Assembly: GCA_007134675.1 (NCBI GenBank)
Contig: SLKJ01000087.1
Location: 1,172 to 65,171, forward strand
Direction of reading: 5' to 3'
DNA length: 64,000 nt
From: Bacteroidales bacterium
GTDB taxonomy: Bacteria; Bacteroidota; Bacteroidia; Bacteroidales; PUMT01
Shown here: positions 19,411-29,015 of the stretch, piece by piece
Layout of the letters: each line of letters opens with the position of its first letter
Position numbering within the stretch: position 1 is the first letter of the stretch
The notes under the pieces: model-generated
What the model was told of the DNA's origin: nothing
Seen by the model: only the letters and a program-made list of their open reading frames with translations
The model's database searches: none
Program-made: the position numbers and the translations under genes

Positions 19411-20205
19411 TTATGGTTTTTCCAGAACATTTTTTATAACCCTTAGATGGTGGGTATACTGTTTCAATGCAGCATTATAGATACCCTGGTGATCTATTCT
19501 GTCAACCATGACCTGTGCAGAGGCATGAACTATCTGCTGATTTCTGATTATTATCCCGGTATGGATAATTTCACCCTCTTCGTTATCGAAAAATGCAAGA
19601 TCTCCTGGTTGTGCTTCGTCTGCAAAATTTACTGTTATTCCAACTTCAACCTGTTGGCGGGCATCTCTGGGAATTGTAATTCCGAACAGTTTCATTACTG
19701 TTTGAGTAAGTCCTGAACAATCCATGCCAAAGGGGTTTTTCCCCCCCCACAGGTAGGGTATGTTTAAGAACCCGATAGCTGCCCGGTTAATATCTTCCCT
19801 GACTTTTTCCCGGGTGTAAAAAAAAGGTTCCTGCTGACATTGAAAATCAAGGTTATCTATCCGGAAACTGTTTGACGCAGGTTTATATTCGTACATTGAA
19901 CTTCCTGCAGGGATATAAACCGGATGCTTACTTGTAGTATTTTTAACAGGCAGAAAGAGATTTCCGGTTACTCTGAAATCTGAGTTAATACTTTTTAAGG
20001 CAGAGTCTTCTGAAACCTCCATTATCATAGGGTTGTAAAGCCAGCCCTGGTATCTGTCATGGCATATTTCAACAAAGCTCCATTTTTGCTGTTTTTCAAT
20101 TATCCTTACATATTCTCCAAAAAGGAGCTGGCTGATCATTTCATCTTTTTCAGAGGCCCCTGATCTTAAAGGAACGACAGGTAAAACAGATACTGCATAT
20201 TGCAT
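19411..20205 (-). CDS. NlpC/P60 (C40) cell-wall peptidase with N-terminal SH3b-like domain
   Basis: It contains YLWGGKNPFGMDCSGL (catalytic Cys), GDLAFF and IIHTGII. Confidence 0.85.
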   Translation of the reverse strand: MQYAVSVLPVVPLRSGASEKDEMISQLLFGEYVRIIEKQQKWSFVEICHDRYQGWLYNPMIMEVSEDSALKSINSDFRVTGNLFLPVKNTTSKHPVYIPAGSSMYEYKPASNSFRIDNLDFQCQQEPFFYTREKVREDINRAAIGFLNIPYLWGGKNPFGMDCSGLTQTVMKLFGITIPRDARQQVEVGITVNFADEAQPGDLAFFDNEEGEIIHTGIIIRNQQIVHASAQVMVDRIDHQGIYNAALKQYTHHLRVIKNVLEKP

Positions 20206-20234
20206 ATACCAAAAGTGAATTAATAAAACCTTTT

Positions 20235-20294
20235 CAAATGTAGATGAAATTTTTTTTATTTAAAATTACACACTAACAAATGAAAAAAATTTCA
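20235..20294 (-). repeat. 60-bp element, copy A (perfect inverted copy of 45105-45164), ending in a TACATTTG -7 box facing the NlpC/P60 gene
   Basis: I compared the two copies base by base, and the reverse complement of 45105-45164 equals 20235-20294 at 60/60 positions. On the minus strand TACATTTG lies at 20235-20242, 29 nt upstream of the ATG at 20205. Confidence 0.9.
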
Positions 20295-20456
20295 GGGTCA
20301 TATCATTCTTTAAAATTGTATATTTATCCTGGAAAAAGAAGAAATTATATTTCAATTGATGAGGATTTCTTATAAAACTTTTTCATCTTGGCTGAATGAA
20401 ATTTTGGATGAAACTTTTTTGTGATTTTTTTTAATCAAATGGTTATTGCATAAGTT

Positions 20457-22601
20457 GTGAAAAAATTTGTTGAAATACTAAAACGGAATTATAACAATTT
20501 AAGCGTGATTTCGATTTTTATGATTACAGGTTTGCTTATTCTCTATTTACTTCCGCGGGAGGGAAAATTCAGATATGAATATCAAAGAGGACGGCCCTGG
20601 ATGCATGAAACTCTTATCGCTCCGTTTAATTTCCCCATTTATAAAACAGAGGCAGAACTGAATGCCGAACGGGACAGCGTACTCGCAGATTTCCGATACT
20701 ATTTTCTATATGACAGCCTGGTCTATTATTCAGTTAAATCAAATTATTACAGTTATTTTAAAGACAGATTTAAAGAATTTATCACAGACCGGTACGAGGT
20801 TGAAAAGGACCAGGTTGAGCGATTTCTTGAAAACAATCCACGTTTAGAATCAATTAAGAATGAATTCAGTTCATACAGCTCCGGTTTACTGCAGCATGTT
20901 TATGACAGGGGAATAATAGATCCCTGCGAAACTGCCGACAGAATTGTCGCTGCCCGCGAATCAATAGTAATAGTAAGGGATAATATTGGTGAAAGGACTT
21001 CCCCCGATGATTATTTCAGGCAAAGGTCAGCTTATGAACACATAAGAGAAAATGTTGAAGAATGGATTTCTGCTGAATTATCCAATCTTCCCTCAAACAT
21101 GCCCGACTTTTTACGGTCCATTGAATTCAGTGATTTTATTGTTCCAAATCTTTATTATAATCAGGCAACTACAGAGAGGGTTCGTCAGAGCCTGCTTGAT
21201 GAAATTTCGCTTGCAAGGGGTATGGTCCAGGCAGGTGAGCGAATTGTTTCACGGGGTGATCTGATTACGGATGAAGTTTTTCAAATACTTGAATCTCTCA
21301 GAAGAGAATATGAATCCCGATTAAGAGGGGCAAATCTGAATCTTATATTACTGGGTCAGCTGATACTAATATTTTCATTACTGGCAACACTTTACCTTTT
21401 CTTATATCATTTCAGATACGAAATTCTTATTAATCTGAGGAAAACTCTCTTCATCCTTTTTTTATTCTTTTTAATGGTATTTGTTTCTATAATGTTCATC
21501 AGGTATAGCATGATAAGTTTTTATATAGTTCCTTTTGCTATAGTGCCGATCATTATAAGAACATTTTATGATGAAAGACTTGCACTTTTTGTACATACCA
21601 TTATACTTCTGCTTGTAGGATTCTTCGCACCCAATAGTTTTGAATTTGTTTTTCTTAATTTTGTGATCGGTATTGTGGCCATATTCAGCCTGACCAATCT
21701 ATACAGACGGAGTAAGCTTTTCTTTACAGCAGTTATAATTTTTTTCTCCTATTCATTGCTGTATTTCGGAATAGCTATCATTCAGGAGAGAAGTATTGCT
21801 TCAATTGATCTCCTTAACTTTGCATGGTTTGGGGGGAACGGGCTGCTTGTTCTTACCACCTATCCGCTGCTGTATATTTTTGAGAAGACTTTTGGTTTTG
21901 TTTCAGATGCCACACTTATGGAGTTGTCTGATACTAATCAGCCACTCTTGCGAAAACTTGCTGAGGAAGCACCGGGTACCTTTCAGCATTCCATACAGGT
22001 TGCCAATCTTGCTGAAGCTGCTGTTTATGAGATTGGAGGTAACCCTTTACTTGTCAGGACAGGAGCGCTTTATCATGATATTGGCAAGATGTCAGAACCT
22101 TTGTATTTTATTGAAAACCAAACCTCAGGTTATAATCCTCATGATTCACTTGATTTTGAGGAGAGTGCACAAAAGATTATTTCTCATGTTAACACAGGGG
22201 TTGAAATGGGAAAGAAGAATAATCTTCCCCAGCAGGTGATTGATTTTATCCGGACTCATCATGGAACAACACGTGTACAATATTTTTACAAGTCATTTAT
22301 CAGAAAATACCCGAATAATGAGGTTGATGCCGGCCGGTACACATATCCGGGACCAAAGCCGTTTTCGAGGGAAACGGCAGTCCTTATGATGGCAGATTCT
22401 GTTGAGGCTGCCTCCAGAAGTCTCAGGGAAACAAATGCAGACACAATAGATTCATTAGTAGAATCAATTATTGACTACCAGGTAATTGAAGAGCAGTTCA
22501 GCAATGCCGAAATAACTTTCAGGGATATTTCAAGAATAAAGGAAATATACAAGAAAAAGCTTCGCAATATTTATCATGCCAGGGTTGAATACCCTGAATA
22601 A
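20457..22601 (+). CDS. 7TM-receptor/HD-domain phosphohydrolase (PgpH/YqfF-like, possible c-di-AMP phosphodiesterase)
   Basis: It combines an extracellular N-terminal domain, a 7-TM block and a C-terminal HD/HDIG domain (GALYHDIGK, RTHHG). The start is GTG. Confidence 0.8.
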   Translation: MKKFVEILKRNYNNLSVISIFMITGLLILYLLPREGKFRYEYQRGRPWMHETLIAPFNFPIYKTEAELNAERDSVLADFRYYFLYDSLVYYSVKSNYYSYFKDRFKEFITDRYEVEKDQVERFLENNPRLESIKNEFSSYSSGLLQHVYDRGIIDPCETADRIVAARESIVIVRDNIGERTSPDDYFRQRSAYEHIRENVEEWISAELSNLPSNMPDFLRSIEFSDFIVPNLYYNQATTERVRQSLLDEISLARGMVQAGERIVSRGDLITDEVFQILESLRREYESRLRGANLNLILLGQLILIFSLLATLYLFLYHFRYEILINLRKTLFILFLFFLMVFVSIMFIRYSMISFYIVPFAIVPIIIRTFYDERLALFVHTIILLLVGFFAPNSFEFVFLNFVIGIVAIFSLTNLYRRSKLFFTAVIIFFSYSLLYFGIAIIQERSIASIDLLNFAWFGGNGLLVLTTYPLLYIFEKTFGFVSDATLMELSDTNQPLLRKLAEEAPGTFQHSIQVANLAEAAVYEIGGNPLLVRTGALYHDIGKMSEPLYFIENQTSGYNPHDSLDFEESAQKIISHVNTGVEMGKKNNLPQQVIDFIRTHHGTTRVQYFYKSFIRKYPNNEVDAGRYTYPGPKPFSRETAVLMMADSVEAASRSLRETNADTIDSLVESIIDYQVIEEQFSNAEITFRDISRIKEIYKKKLRNIYHARVEYPE

Positions 22602-22609
22602 TGAACACT

Positions 22610-23266
22610 TTACCAGCGCATATCTATTACATCAACTCCAGGGTGATCTGATTCGTTGAAAACAAAGTATGCTTCAGGCAATCTTTGCGTCATGTCATAA
22701 CCGTCAACAATAAAAGTATACCTGTTGCCATCCTTGCCTGCGATTATCGCCGAATGGAGAAAATTGCTGTTTTTGTCTATAAAGAGCTTGACCGTGTGAA
22801 AATCCTGTTCACGATCAACGGGGTAAAGATCTATCTCATAAAGAATGTCGCCCGATTTATTTATTTCCCCCACAAGCCTGTATCTGAATTCTTTATCATA
22901 CATAGTGAATAGTTTTGCCGGATTGGACATCAGCCCTCCATCTTCTTCATCCGGATCACTTATCATTACTTCATTTACATCAGGCATATAGGTGTATATG
23001 GATTTTCCGTCAAACCACGTTTCCATCCCCATTACCGTAAGCCTGTATTTTTCATTTTTCAAAGTCAGACTTCCGTCGAACTGGTCAATTATTTCATCTT
23101 TCAGACTCGACATGATAATTGAAAAATCCAGTATTACAGATGGGGCAGTTATGGTTTTCTCAGAAAACTTTTTCAGTATTTTCCCGGCTCTTTCATCATT
23201 TTGAGCGTTCAGATTAACGCTGTATAGTAACAGGATTAATATTGATATCAAAGTAAGTTTGTTCAT
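22610..23266 (-). CDS. lolA: LolA-like outer-membrane lipoprotein carrier protein
   Basis: It has a signal peptide and LolA-like sequence, and sits directly downstream of ftsK as is typical for Bacteroidota. Confidence 0.7.
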   Translation of the reverse strand: MNKLTLISILILLLYSVNLNAQNDERAGKILKKFSEKTITAPSVILDFSIIMSSLKDEIIDQFDGSLTLKNEKYRLTVMGMETWFDGKSIYTYMPDVNEVMISDPDEEDGGLMSNPAKLFTMYDKEFRYRLVGEINKSGDILYEIDLYPVDREQDFHTVKLFIDKNSNFLHSAIIAGKDGNRYTFIVDGYDMTQRLPEAYFVFNESDHPGVDVIDMRW

Positions 23267-23297
23267 TTACCGATCGTAATTAATTATTGATTATTCT

Positions 23298-25694
23298 TTA
23301 ATTATTCATCTCTTTCAATAACTGTTCCAAACTGTATTCATCATGGATTAAAACCTGTCTTGCCTTGCTGCCTTCGAACGGGCCCACTATTCCCGCTGCT
23401 TCAAGTTGATCAATCAAACGGCCGGCGCGGTTATAGCCTATAGAAAATTTTCTCTGAATAAGAGAGGTTGAACCTTGTTGATGCTGCACAACAAGTCTGG
23501 CAGCCTCATCAAAAATATCATCTCTTTTTCTCAGATCGACTTCTGCCGATTCAGCACCAGTATCTCCAACGTACTCAGGCAGCTGATGAGCGGTAGTGTA
23601 ACCTCTCTGTGATCCTATGAATTCAGTTATCCTGTCAATTTCATCAGTATCTATATAGGCGCATTGCAGTCTTATCATCTCACTTCCCGCAGTGATAAGC
23701 ATATCCCCCCGACCTATAAGCTGGTTTGCTCCCGGAGTATCAAGAATGGTCCTTGAATCCATCATGGAAGTTACCCTGAATGCTATACGGCTCGGGAAGT
23801 TTGCCTTTATTACACCGGTAATGATATTTGTAGTTGGTCGCTGTGTTGCTATAACAAGGTGTATTCCTATGGCCCTTGCCAGTTGGGCCAGTCTTGCAAG
23901 CGGGGTCTCTATTTCCCTTCCGGCTGTCATTATCAGATCTGCAAATTCATCTATTATAACAACAATATAGGGCAGGTAGCGGTGGCCTTTCAGAGGATTA
24001 AGGCGTCGGGCAATGAACTTTGCATTATATTCTTTTATGTTCCTGACATGCGCCTCTTTTAGCAGGTCATAACGCTCATCCATTTCTATGGTGAGTGATT
24101 GCAATGTATGTATGACTTTTTGGGTATCAGTGATTATAGCATCTTCTGTGTCTGGAATTTTAGCAAGATAATGACACTCTATCTTTGAATAAACTGTCAG
24201 TTCCACCTTTTTTGGATCGATAAGCACAAATTTCAATTGTGCAGGATGCTTTTTATACAGAAGTGAAGTGAGTATTGCATTCAGACCTACTGATTTACCC
24301 TGGCCTGTGGCCCCGGCAATAAGAAGATGAGGCATCCGGGTAAGATCCACGGCATAAGTTTCATTTGAAATTGTTTTTCCCAAAACTATGGGGAGTTCGA
24401 ATCTGGCCTCCTGAAATTTTACTGAGCTTATTACTGATCGCATTGACACTATTTCAGGGTTTTGATTGGGTACCTCAATGCCTATAGTTCCCCTGCCAGG
24501 GATCGGTGCAATAATTCTTATACCCAGGGCAGAAAGACTTAATGCAATGTCATCTTCAAGGTTTTTTATTTTTGAGATGCGAATGCCGGGCGCCGGAACT
24601 ATCTCATAAAGTGTTACTGTGGGACCTATGGTTGCTGTAATTTTATCTATCTGAATTTTGTAATTTGCCAAAGTCTCAACTATCCGGTTTTTATTATTTA
24701 TAAGCTCTTCTTTGCTGACCGGGCTTTCAGAGGACTTATACGGCTCAAGAAGGCTGATTGGCGGGAACCTGTAGGATGCCAGATCCAGAGTGGGATCATA
24801 GTCCTCTATCTGATGTGAGTTTATAATGTCATCCGAGAGACTTCTTTCATCAGACTTTTTTTCTTTCACATGCAGTTTTATATCGCCTTGCAGATTGTCT
24901 GACGAATCCTCATCATTTACGTTTGCTTTCAGGCCGGTTTCATCTTCACTCTCTATTTCGGCAGGACCGGATCCCTGGATGCTTTCATCTTCATCGGCTT
25001 TATATTCTTTTTCTTCGATGTGAACCGCGACTTTATCTTCCTGCTGCTGTTCAGTGATGCCGGTATCTGATTTTTTAAACCCTAATTTGCGGAGAAGATT
25101 TTTTGTAAATAATAATGAATCTTTAACAGAAAACAGTATAAAGGAAAAAATAAGCAGAATCAACAAAAATGCAGTTCCCGTTTTACCAATGAAGGCGTTG
25201 AGCCATTCTGCAACAAAATATCCGTGAGCACCTCCGGGACCGCTTCCCAGAAAACCACCCGCATCGCTGAAAAGATAACCAAGAGATACAGATAGAATTA
25301 TGGCACCTGTAATTGTAATTCTTAATGTTCTGCCATAATTTAAAAGCCTTATCCTTAATAGCTTGAAGCCAGTCAGGATAAGGAGAAAAGGAATGCTGAA
25401 TGAGGCTATTCCGAACCATTTGTTTAGAAAAAGCGATGATAGCCAGGCACCTGTTTTGCCGGCCCAGTTTTCAACTCTTATATCCGGATTTGAAATAATT
25501 TTTTCCCATTCAAAACTTTGGTCACTTTTCCATGTAAAAAAATAGGATATAAATGACAAAGTAAGGAACAGGGCAAATATGATGATAAAACCACCCAATG
25601 ACAATCTGAAACGTTCATCCTTGAAAAAGCTTATGATCCTGTTTTTATTTTTCCTGCTATTCACCTTTTTTTCTTTAACTGGGGCCATAATCAA
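23298..25694 (-). CDS. ftsK: DNA translocase FtsK
   Basis: It has N-terminal TM helices, an acidic linker, a Walker A motif (GATGQGKS), VVIIDEFADL and a C-terminal gamma winged-helix (LIQRKFSIGYNRAGRLIDQLE). Confidence 0.95.
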   Translation of the reverse strand: MIMAPVKEKKVNSRKNKNRIISFFKDERFRLSLGGFIIIFALFLTLSFISYFFTWKSDQSFEWEKIISNPDIRVENWAGKTGAWLSSLFLNKWFGIASFSIPFLLILTGFKLLRIRLLNYGRTLRITITGAIILSVSLGYLFSDAGGFLGSGPGGAHGYFVAEWLNAFIGKTGTAFLLILLIFSFILFSVKDSLLFTKNLLRKLGFKKSDTGITEQQQEDKVAVHIEEKEYKADEDESIQGSGPAEIESEDETGLKANVNDEDSSDNLQGDIKLHVKEKKSDERSLSDDIINSHQIEDYDPTLDLASYRFPPISLLEPYKSSESPVSKEELINNKNRIVETLANYKIQIDKITATIGPTVTLYEIVPAPGIRISKIKNLEDDIALSLSALGIRIIAPIPGRGTIGIEVPNQNPEIVSMRSVISSVKFQEARFELPIVLGKTISNETYAVDLTRMPHLLIAGATGQGKSVGLNAILTSLLYKKHPAQLKFVLIDPKKVELTVYSKIECHYLAKIPDTEDAIITDTQKVIHTLQSLTIEMDERYDLLKEAHVRNIKEYNAKFIARRLNPLKGHRYLPYIVVIIDEFADLIMTAGREIETPLARLAQLARAIGIHLVIATQRPTTNIITGVIKANFPSRIAFRVTSMMDSRTILDTPGANQLIGRGDMLITAGSEMIRLQCAYIDTDEIDRITEFIGSQRGYTTAHQLPEYVGDTGAESAEVDLRKRDDIFDEAARLVVQHQQGSTSLIQRKFSIGYNRAGRLIDQLEAAGIVGPFEGSKARQVLIHDEYSLEQLLKEMNN

Positions 25695-25923
25695 TAATCA
25701 GTGAAATTACTCTCTGGTGATAAAAAATATTTTTCTGGTTTTACCGGACTTATGCAATTAATAATGTTGGTGCAAAATTGCAAAATATTATCCAAGTTCC
25801 CTTTTTTTTTCTCAAAATATCAGGATACTGTTTTATAGCAACTAATTCGGGGCACGGGCTTAGTAATGTGGAGAAAATATTATAGCTTTGTAAATTTGGT
25901 CGTTAGCTAATAAATATCTGTTT

Positions 25924-26880
25924 ATGTGTAAATTAGCTGTCATAGCCCTTGGAGGTAACGCATTGTTGCGTGGTAATCAATCCGGGACAATAGATGAACA
26001 GGAACAAAACACTACCGATACCCTTGAAAATCTGATCTTTCTTTTAGAAGAGGGATATAACCTGGTAGTCACCCATGGAAATGGGCCACAGGTAGGGAAC
26101 ATACTTATGAGAAATGATGCAGGTGAGCAGATTTATGATATACCACAGATGCCACTGGATATTTGTGTGGCTGATTCCCAGGGAGGTATTGGATATATGA
26201 TAGAACGAATGATGCATAATGTGCTGAAAAAGCATAATATCAAAAGAGAGATAGTAACTCTGGTTACAATGGTGGAGGTGGATAAGAGTGACCCTGCATT
26301 TGAAAACCCTACCAAACGTGTGGGGCGAATATACAATAAGGAACAGTCCGGTAAGCTTGCAAAGGATAAGGGTTGGGAGTTCAGGGAAGAAGTTAAGGTA
26401 AAAGAAGGATGGCGCAGGGTGGTTCCTTCTCCGCAACCTGTAAGTATCCTTAATTATAAGGTAGTGGAGACTATGGCCAGAAGTGGAACCATTGTAATTG
26501 CCTCCGGGGGTGGTGGAATTCCTGTATATTATGATGAAAACGGTAATGTCCGGCCTGCTGAGGCTGTAATAGACAAGGATCTGGCCGGGTCACTTCTGGC
26601 TTCAAGTGTTGGGGCTGATGAGTTTTACATACTCACGGATGTTTCTTATGTTTATATTAATTTCAATAAACCTGATCAGCAGGTTGTTGAATTCCTGAAT
26701 CTGGCTGATACCAGGAAATATCTTGCCGAAGGAATGTTTGCCGAAGGTAGTATGGCTCCAAAGATCAGGGCATGTATGCAGTTTATAGAAAAGGGCGGGG
26801 AAATGAGCGTGATAACTGAGGCATTTAAATTAGCTGATAAAAAATTTGGTACAAAAATAACAATGGAATATGAGGATTGA
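25924..26880 (+). CDS. arcC: Carbamate kinase
   Basis: It contains IALGGNAL, HGNGPQVG and GGGGIPV, and at 318 aa has the typical length. Confidence 0.9.
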   Translation: MCKLAVIALGGNALLRGNQSGTIDEQEQNTTDTLENLIFLLEEGYNLVVTHGNGPQVGNILMRNDAGEQIYDIPQMPLDICVADSQGGIGYMIERMMHNVLKKHNIKREIVTLVTMVEVDKSDPAFENPTKRVGRIYNKEQSGKLAKDKGWEFREEVKVKEGWRRVVPSPQPVSILNYKVVETMARSGTIVIASGGGGIPVYYDENGNVRPAEAVIDKDLAGSLLASSVGADEFYILTDVSYVYINFNKPDQQVVEFLNLADTRKYLAEGMFAEGSMAPKIRACMQFIEKGGEMSVITEAFKLADKKFGTKITMEYED

Positions 26881-26932
26881 TAATGTAATACCTGGCAACA
26901 GCTTTTATTTGTTTAATTAAAACATTGAAAAC

Positions 26933-27931
26933 ATGGCCTTTAATTTAAAAAACCGTCATTTCCTGAAATTACTCGATTTTTCTCCCAAAGAGATCAGGTT
27001 TTTACTTGATTTATCTGTAAGTCTGAAATCAGCAAAGTATTCAGGCACGGAAAAACAAATGTTAAAAGGAAAAAATATTGCACTTATTTTTGAGAAAACA
27101 TCTACACGAACCCGCTGTGCTTTTGAAGTTGCAGCTTTTGATCAGGGAGCACATGTTACCTATCTTGGGCCTTCAGGTTCACAGATTGGTCACAAGGAAT
27201 CGATGAAAGATACTGCTAGGGTTCTTGGAAGGATGTATGACGGCATTGAATACAGGGGTTTCGGCCAGGAGATTGTTGAGGAACTTGCATTGTATGCCGG
27301 TGTTCCGGTTTGGAATGGACTGACGGATGAATTTCATCCCACTCAGGTTCTTGCCGACGTGATGACTATGATGGAAAATTGCGACAAACCTCTTTCAAAG
27401 ATTTCATTCTGCTATCTGGGTGACGCACGCAACAACGTAGGCAATTCACTTATGGTAGGTGCTGCCAAGATGGGTATGGATTTTCGTGCTGCAGCTCCCT
27501 CCGAGTGCCAGCCGGAGCGTGAACTTGTGGATAAATGCCTCGAAATTGCCGGGGAGACTGGAGCAAAAATCAGAATAACAGAAGAGGTAAGGGAAGCTGT
27601 GGCGGAAGTTGATTTTCTTTATACCGATGTGTGGGTTTCAATGGGTGAACCGGGCTCTGCCTGGGAAAAAAGGATTAAATTGCTTAAGCCATACCAGGTA
27701 AACAAGAAGGTCATTGAGTGGACCGGTAATCCGGGGGTAAAGTTTCTACATTGCCTCCCGGCATTCCATAATCGTGATACGAAAGTTGGTGAAGAGATGT
27801 ACCAGAAGTTTGGTCTTGAAGCTATGGAGGTTACCGATGATGTATTTGAGTCAGACCACTCTGTTGTTTTTGACCAGTCAGAGAACCGGATGCATACTAT
27901 CAAAGCAGTTATGGTTGCAACCCTTGGCTGA
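26933..27931 (+). CDS. argF: Ornithine carbamoyltransferase
   Basis: It has [13 protein letters not shown] and HCLPAFH, with long stretches closely resembling E. coli ArgI as I recall it. Confidence 0.9.
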   Translation: MAFNLKNRHFLKLLDFSPKEIRFLLDLSVSLKSAKYSGTEKQMLKGKNIALIFEKTSTRTRCAFEVAAFDQGAHVTYLGPSGSQIGHKESMKDTARVLGRMYDGIEYRGFGQEIVEELALYAGVPVWNGLTDEFHPTQVLADVMTMMENCDKPLSKISFCYLGDARNNVGNSLMVGAAKMGMDFRAAAPSECQPERELVDKCLEIAGETGAKIRITEEVREAVAEVDFLYTDVWVSMGEPGSAWEKRIKLLKPYQVNKKVIEWTGNPGVKFLHCLPAFHNRDTKVGEEMYQKFGLEAMEVTDDVFESDHSVVFDQSENRMHTIKAVMVATLG

Positions 27932-28146
27932 TAATTTCTCTTTACATCAACAATATTCCCGGGGCAATTGCCGATTTAGTTCCTGATTTGAGGTAATACT
28001 GAAAACAGACCAATGAGGGCAGGCGTGAGTGATTCCGCGAAAGCATCCTCCATTGTATTTTTTTATCTTTTTTTTTTCTATTCAAACATTAATTCATAAC
28101 TTGTTAGGGATTTTTAATTCATTTTTTAAGGATAAAATTTTCAGTT

Positions 28147-28410
28147 ATGACAATTTATATTGGGAATATTCCTTATTCCTTGAAAGAAGCCGATATTGAG
28201 CAGTTATTTGCCGAATTCGGATCAGTATTGTCTGTTAAGATAATTTCTGATAAATTTTCCAACAGATCAAAAGGTTATGGTTTTGTTGAAATGGAAAATG
28301 AGGCTGATGGTGAAAAAGCGATTGAAAATCTCAATGGCAGGGAGGTGCTGGGCAGGAATCTAAAGGTAAGCAGGGCCAACCCGAGAAAAAACAATAGAGA
28401 AAAGGTATAG
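28147..28410 (+). CDS. RRM-type RNA-binding protein
   Basis: It carries RNP2 (IYIGNI) and RNP1 (KGYGFVEM) and is 87 aa. Confidence 0.9.
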   Translation: MTIYIGNIPYSLKEADIEQLFAEFGSVLSVKIISDKFSNRSKGYGFVEMENEADGEKAIENLNGREVLGRNLKVSRANPRKNNREKV

Positions 28411-28481
28411 GGAAGTCAGTAATATTATTATTCCTTAACTTTTCAGGTAATAATTATTCTGTTAATAGTTTCTGTATTGAC

Positions 28482-28510
28482 AAAAAAAAACCACCCGGTG
28501 AAAAGGGTGG
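28482..28510 (-). terminator. Intrinsic terminator of ssrA
   Basis: On the minus strand the stem ccaccc/gggtgg with an 8-nt loop is followed by T9, 16 nt after the tmRNA 3' end. Confidence 0.8.
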
Positions 28511-28526
28511 TTGTGGTCCGGATTTG

Positions 28527-28916
28527 TGGAGCTGGAGGGAATCGAACCCTCGTCCAAACAAGGAACCAGCATGGTTTCTACATGCTTAGTCTGTTATTGA
28601 TTGTCGGATCCAGGCCGGCAACAGACAGCCTAACTGAACCTTATTCCCTGTTTTCTCGTCCGGAACACGGGAATTGTTCCAGACCAGCCCGAACTTATCG
28701 GTGCCTCTTAACCAAAAACCGCCGGGCAGGGTTTTTGAGAGACAGCTTGTCTGCGATCCTTGACCGCAGATTATGCATAAATCTTCTGAAGATTATGCTG
28801 CAAGCGCGTAGTTATCTTCGCCACTTATTTGTTTGCAAGGCAGTTTAACGAGATGCACTGCTTGGCTCGGCATGCTTACATACCCGCTCATCTTGCTGTC
28901 AAAACCAGTCAGCCCC
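28527..28916 (-). ncRNA. ssrA: tmRNA (SsrA), tag peptide GEDNYALAA
   Basis: The minus strand starts GGGGCTGACTGGTTTTGACAGC and ends GGACGAGGGTTCGATTCCCTCCAGCTCCA, giving the tRNA-like acceptor and T-arm. The tag ORF GGC GAA GAT AAC TAC GCG CTT GCA GCA TAA lies at 28793-28822. The ends are approximate to a few nt. Confidence 0.92.
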
Positions 28917-29015
28917 ATGAACAGTTTGTAAAAGTACAAAAATCCTGCCACATGTAAAACTCTATTATTTTTTTTTAATGTGGACCAAAATAATTAATTT
29001 CGTAAAAAGCAGATC

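Noticed and set aside
20242-20390. Mini-ORFs starting inside the 60-bp repeat (MKFFLFKITH*, MKKISGSYHS... at locus A; MKKISSESAAV... on the minus strand at locus B)
   Set aside because: The two loci share only the residues encoded by the repeat itself (MKKIS) and diverge completely afterwards, so the repeat is not a conserved coding 5' end.
28477-28848. 123-aa plus-strand ORF from the ORF track
   Set aside because: It lies entirely over the minus-strand tmRNA gene and its terminator. The sequence is explained by ssrA, and the protein has no recognisable features.
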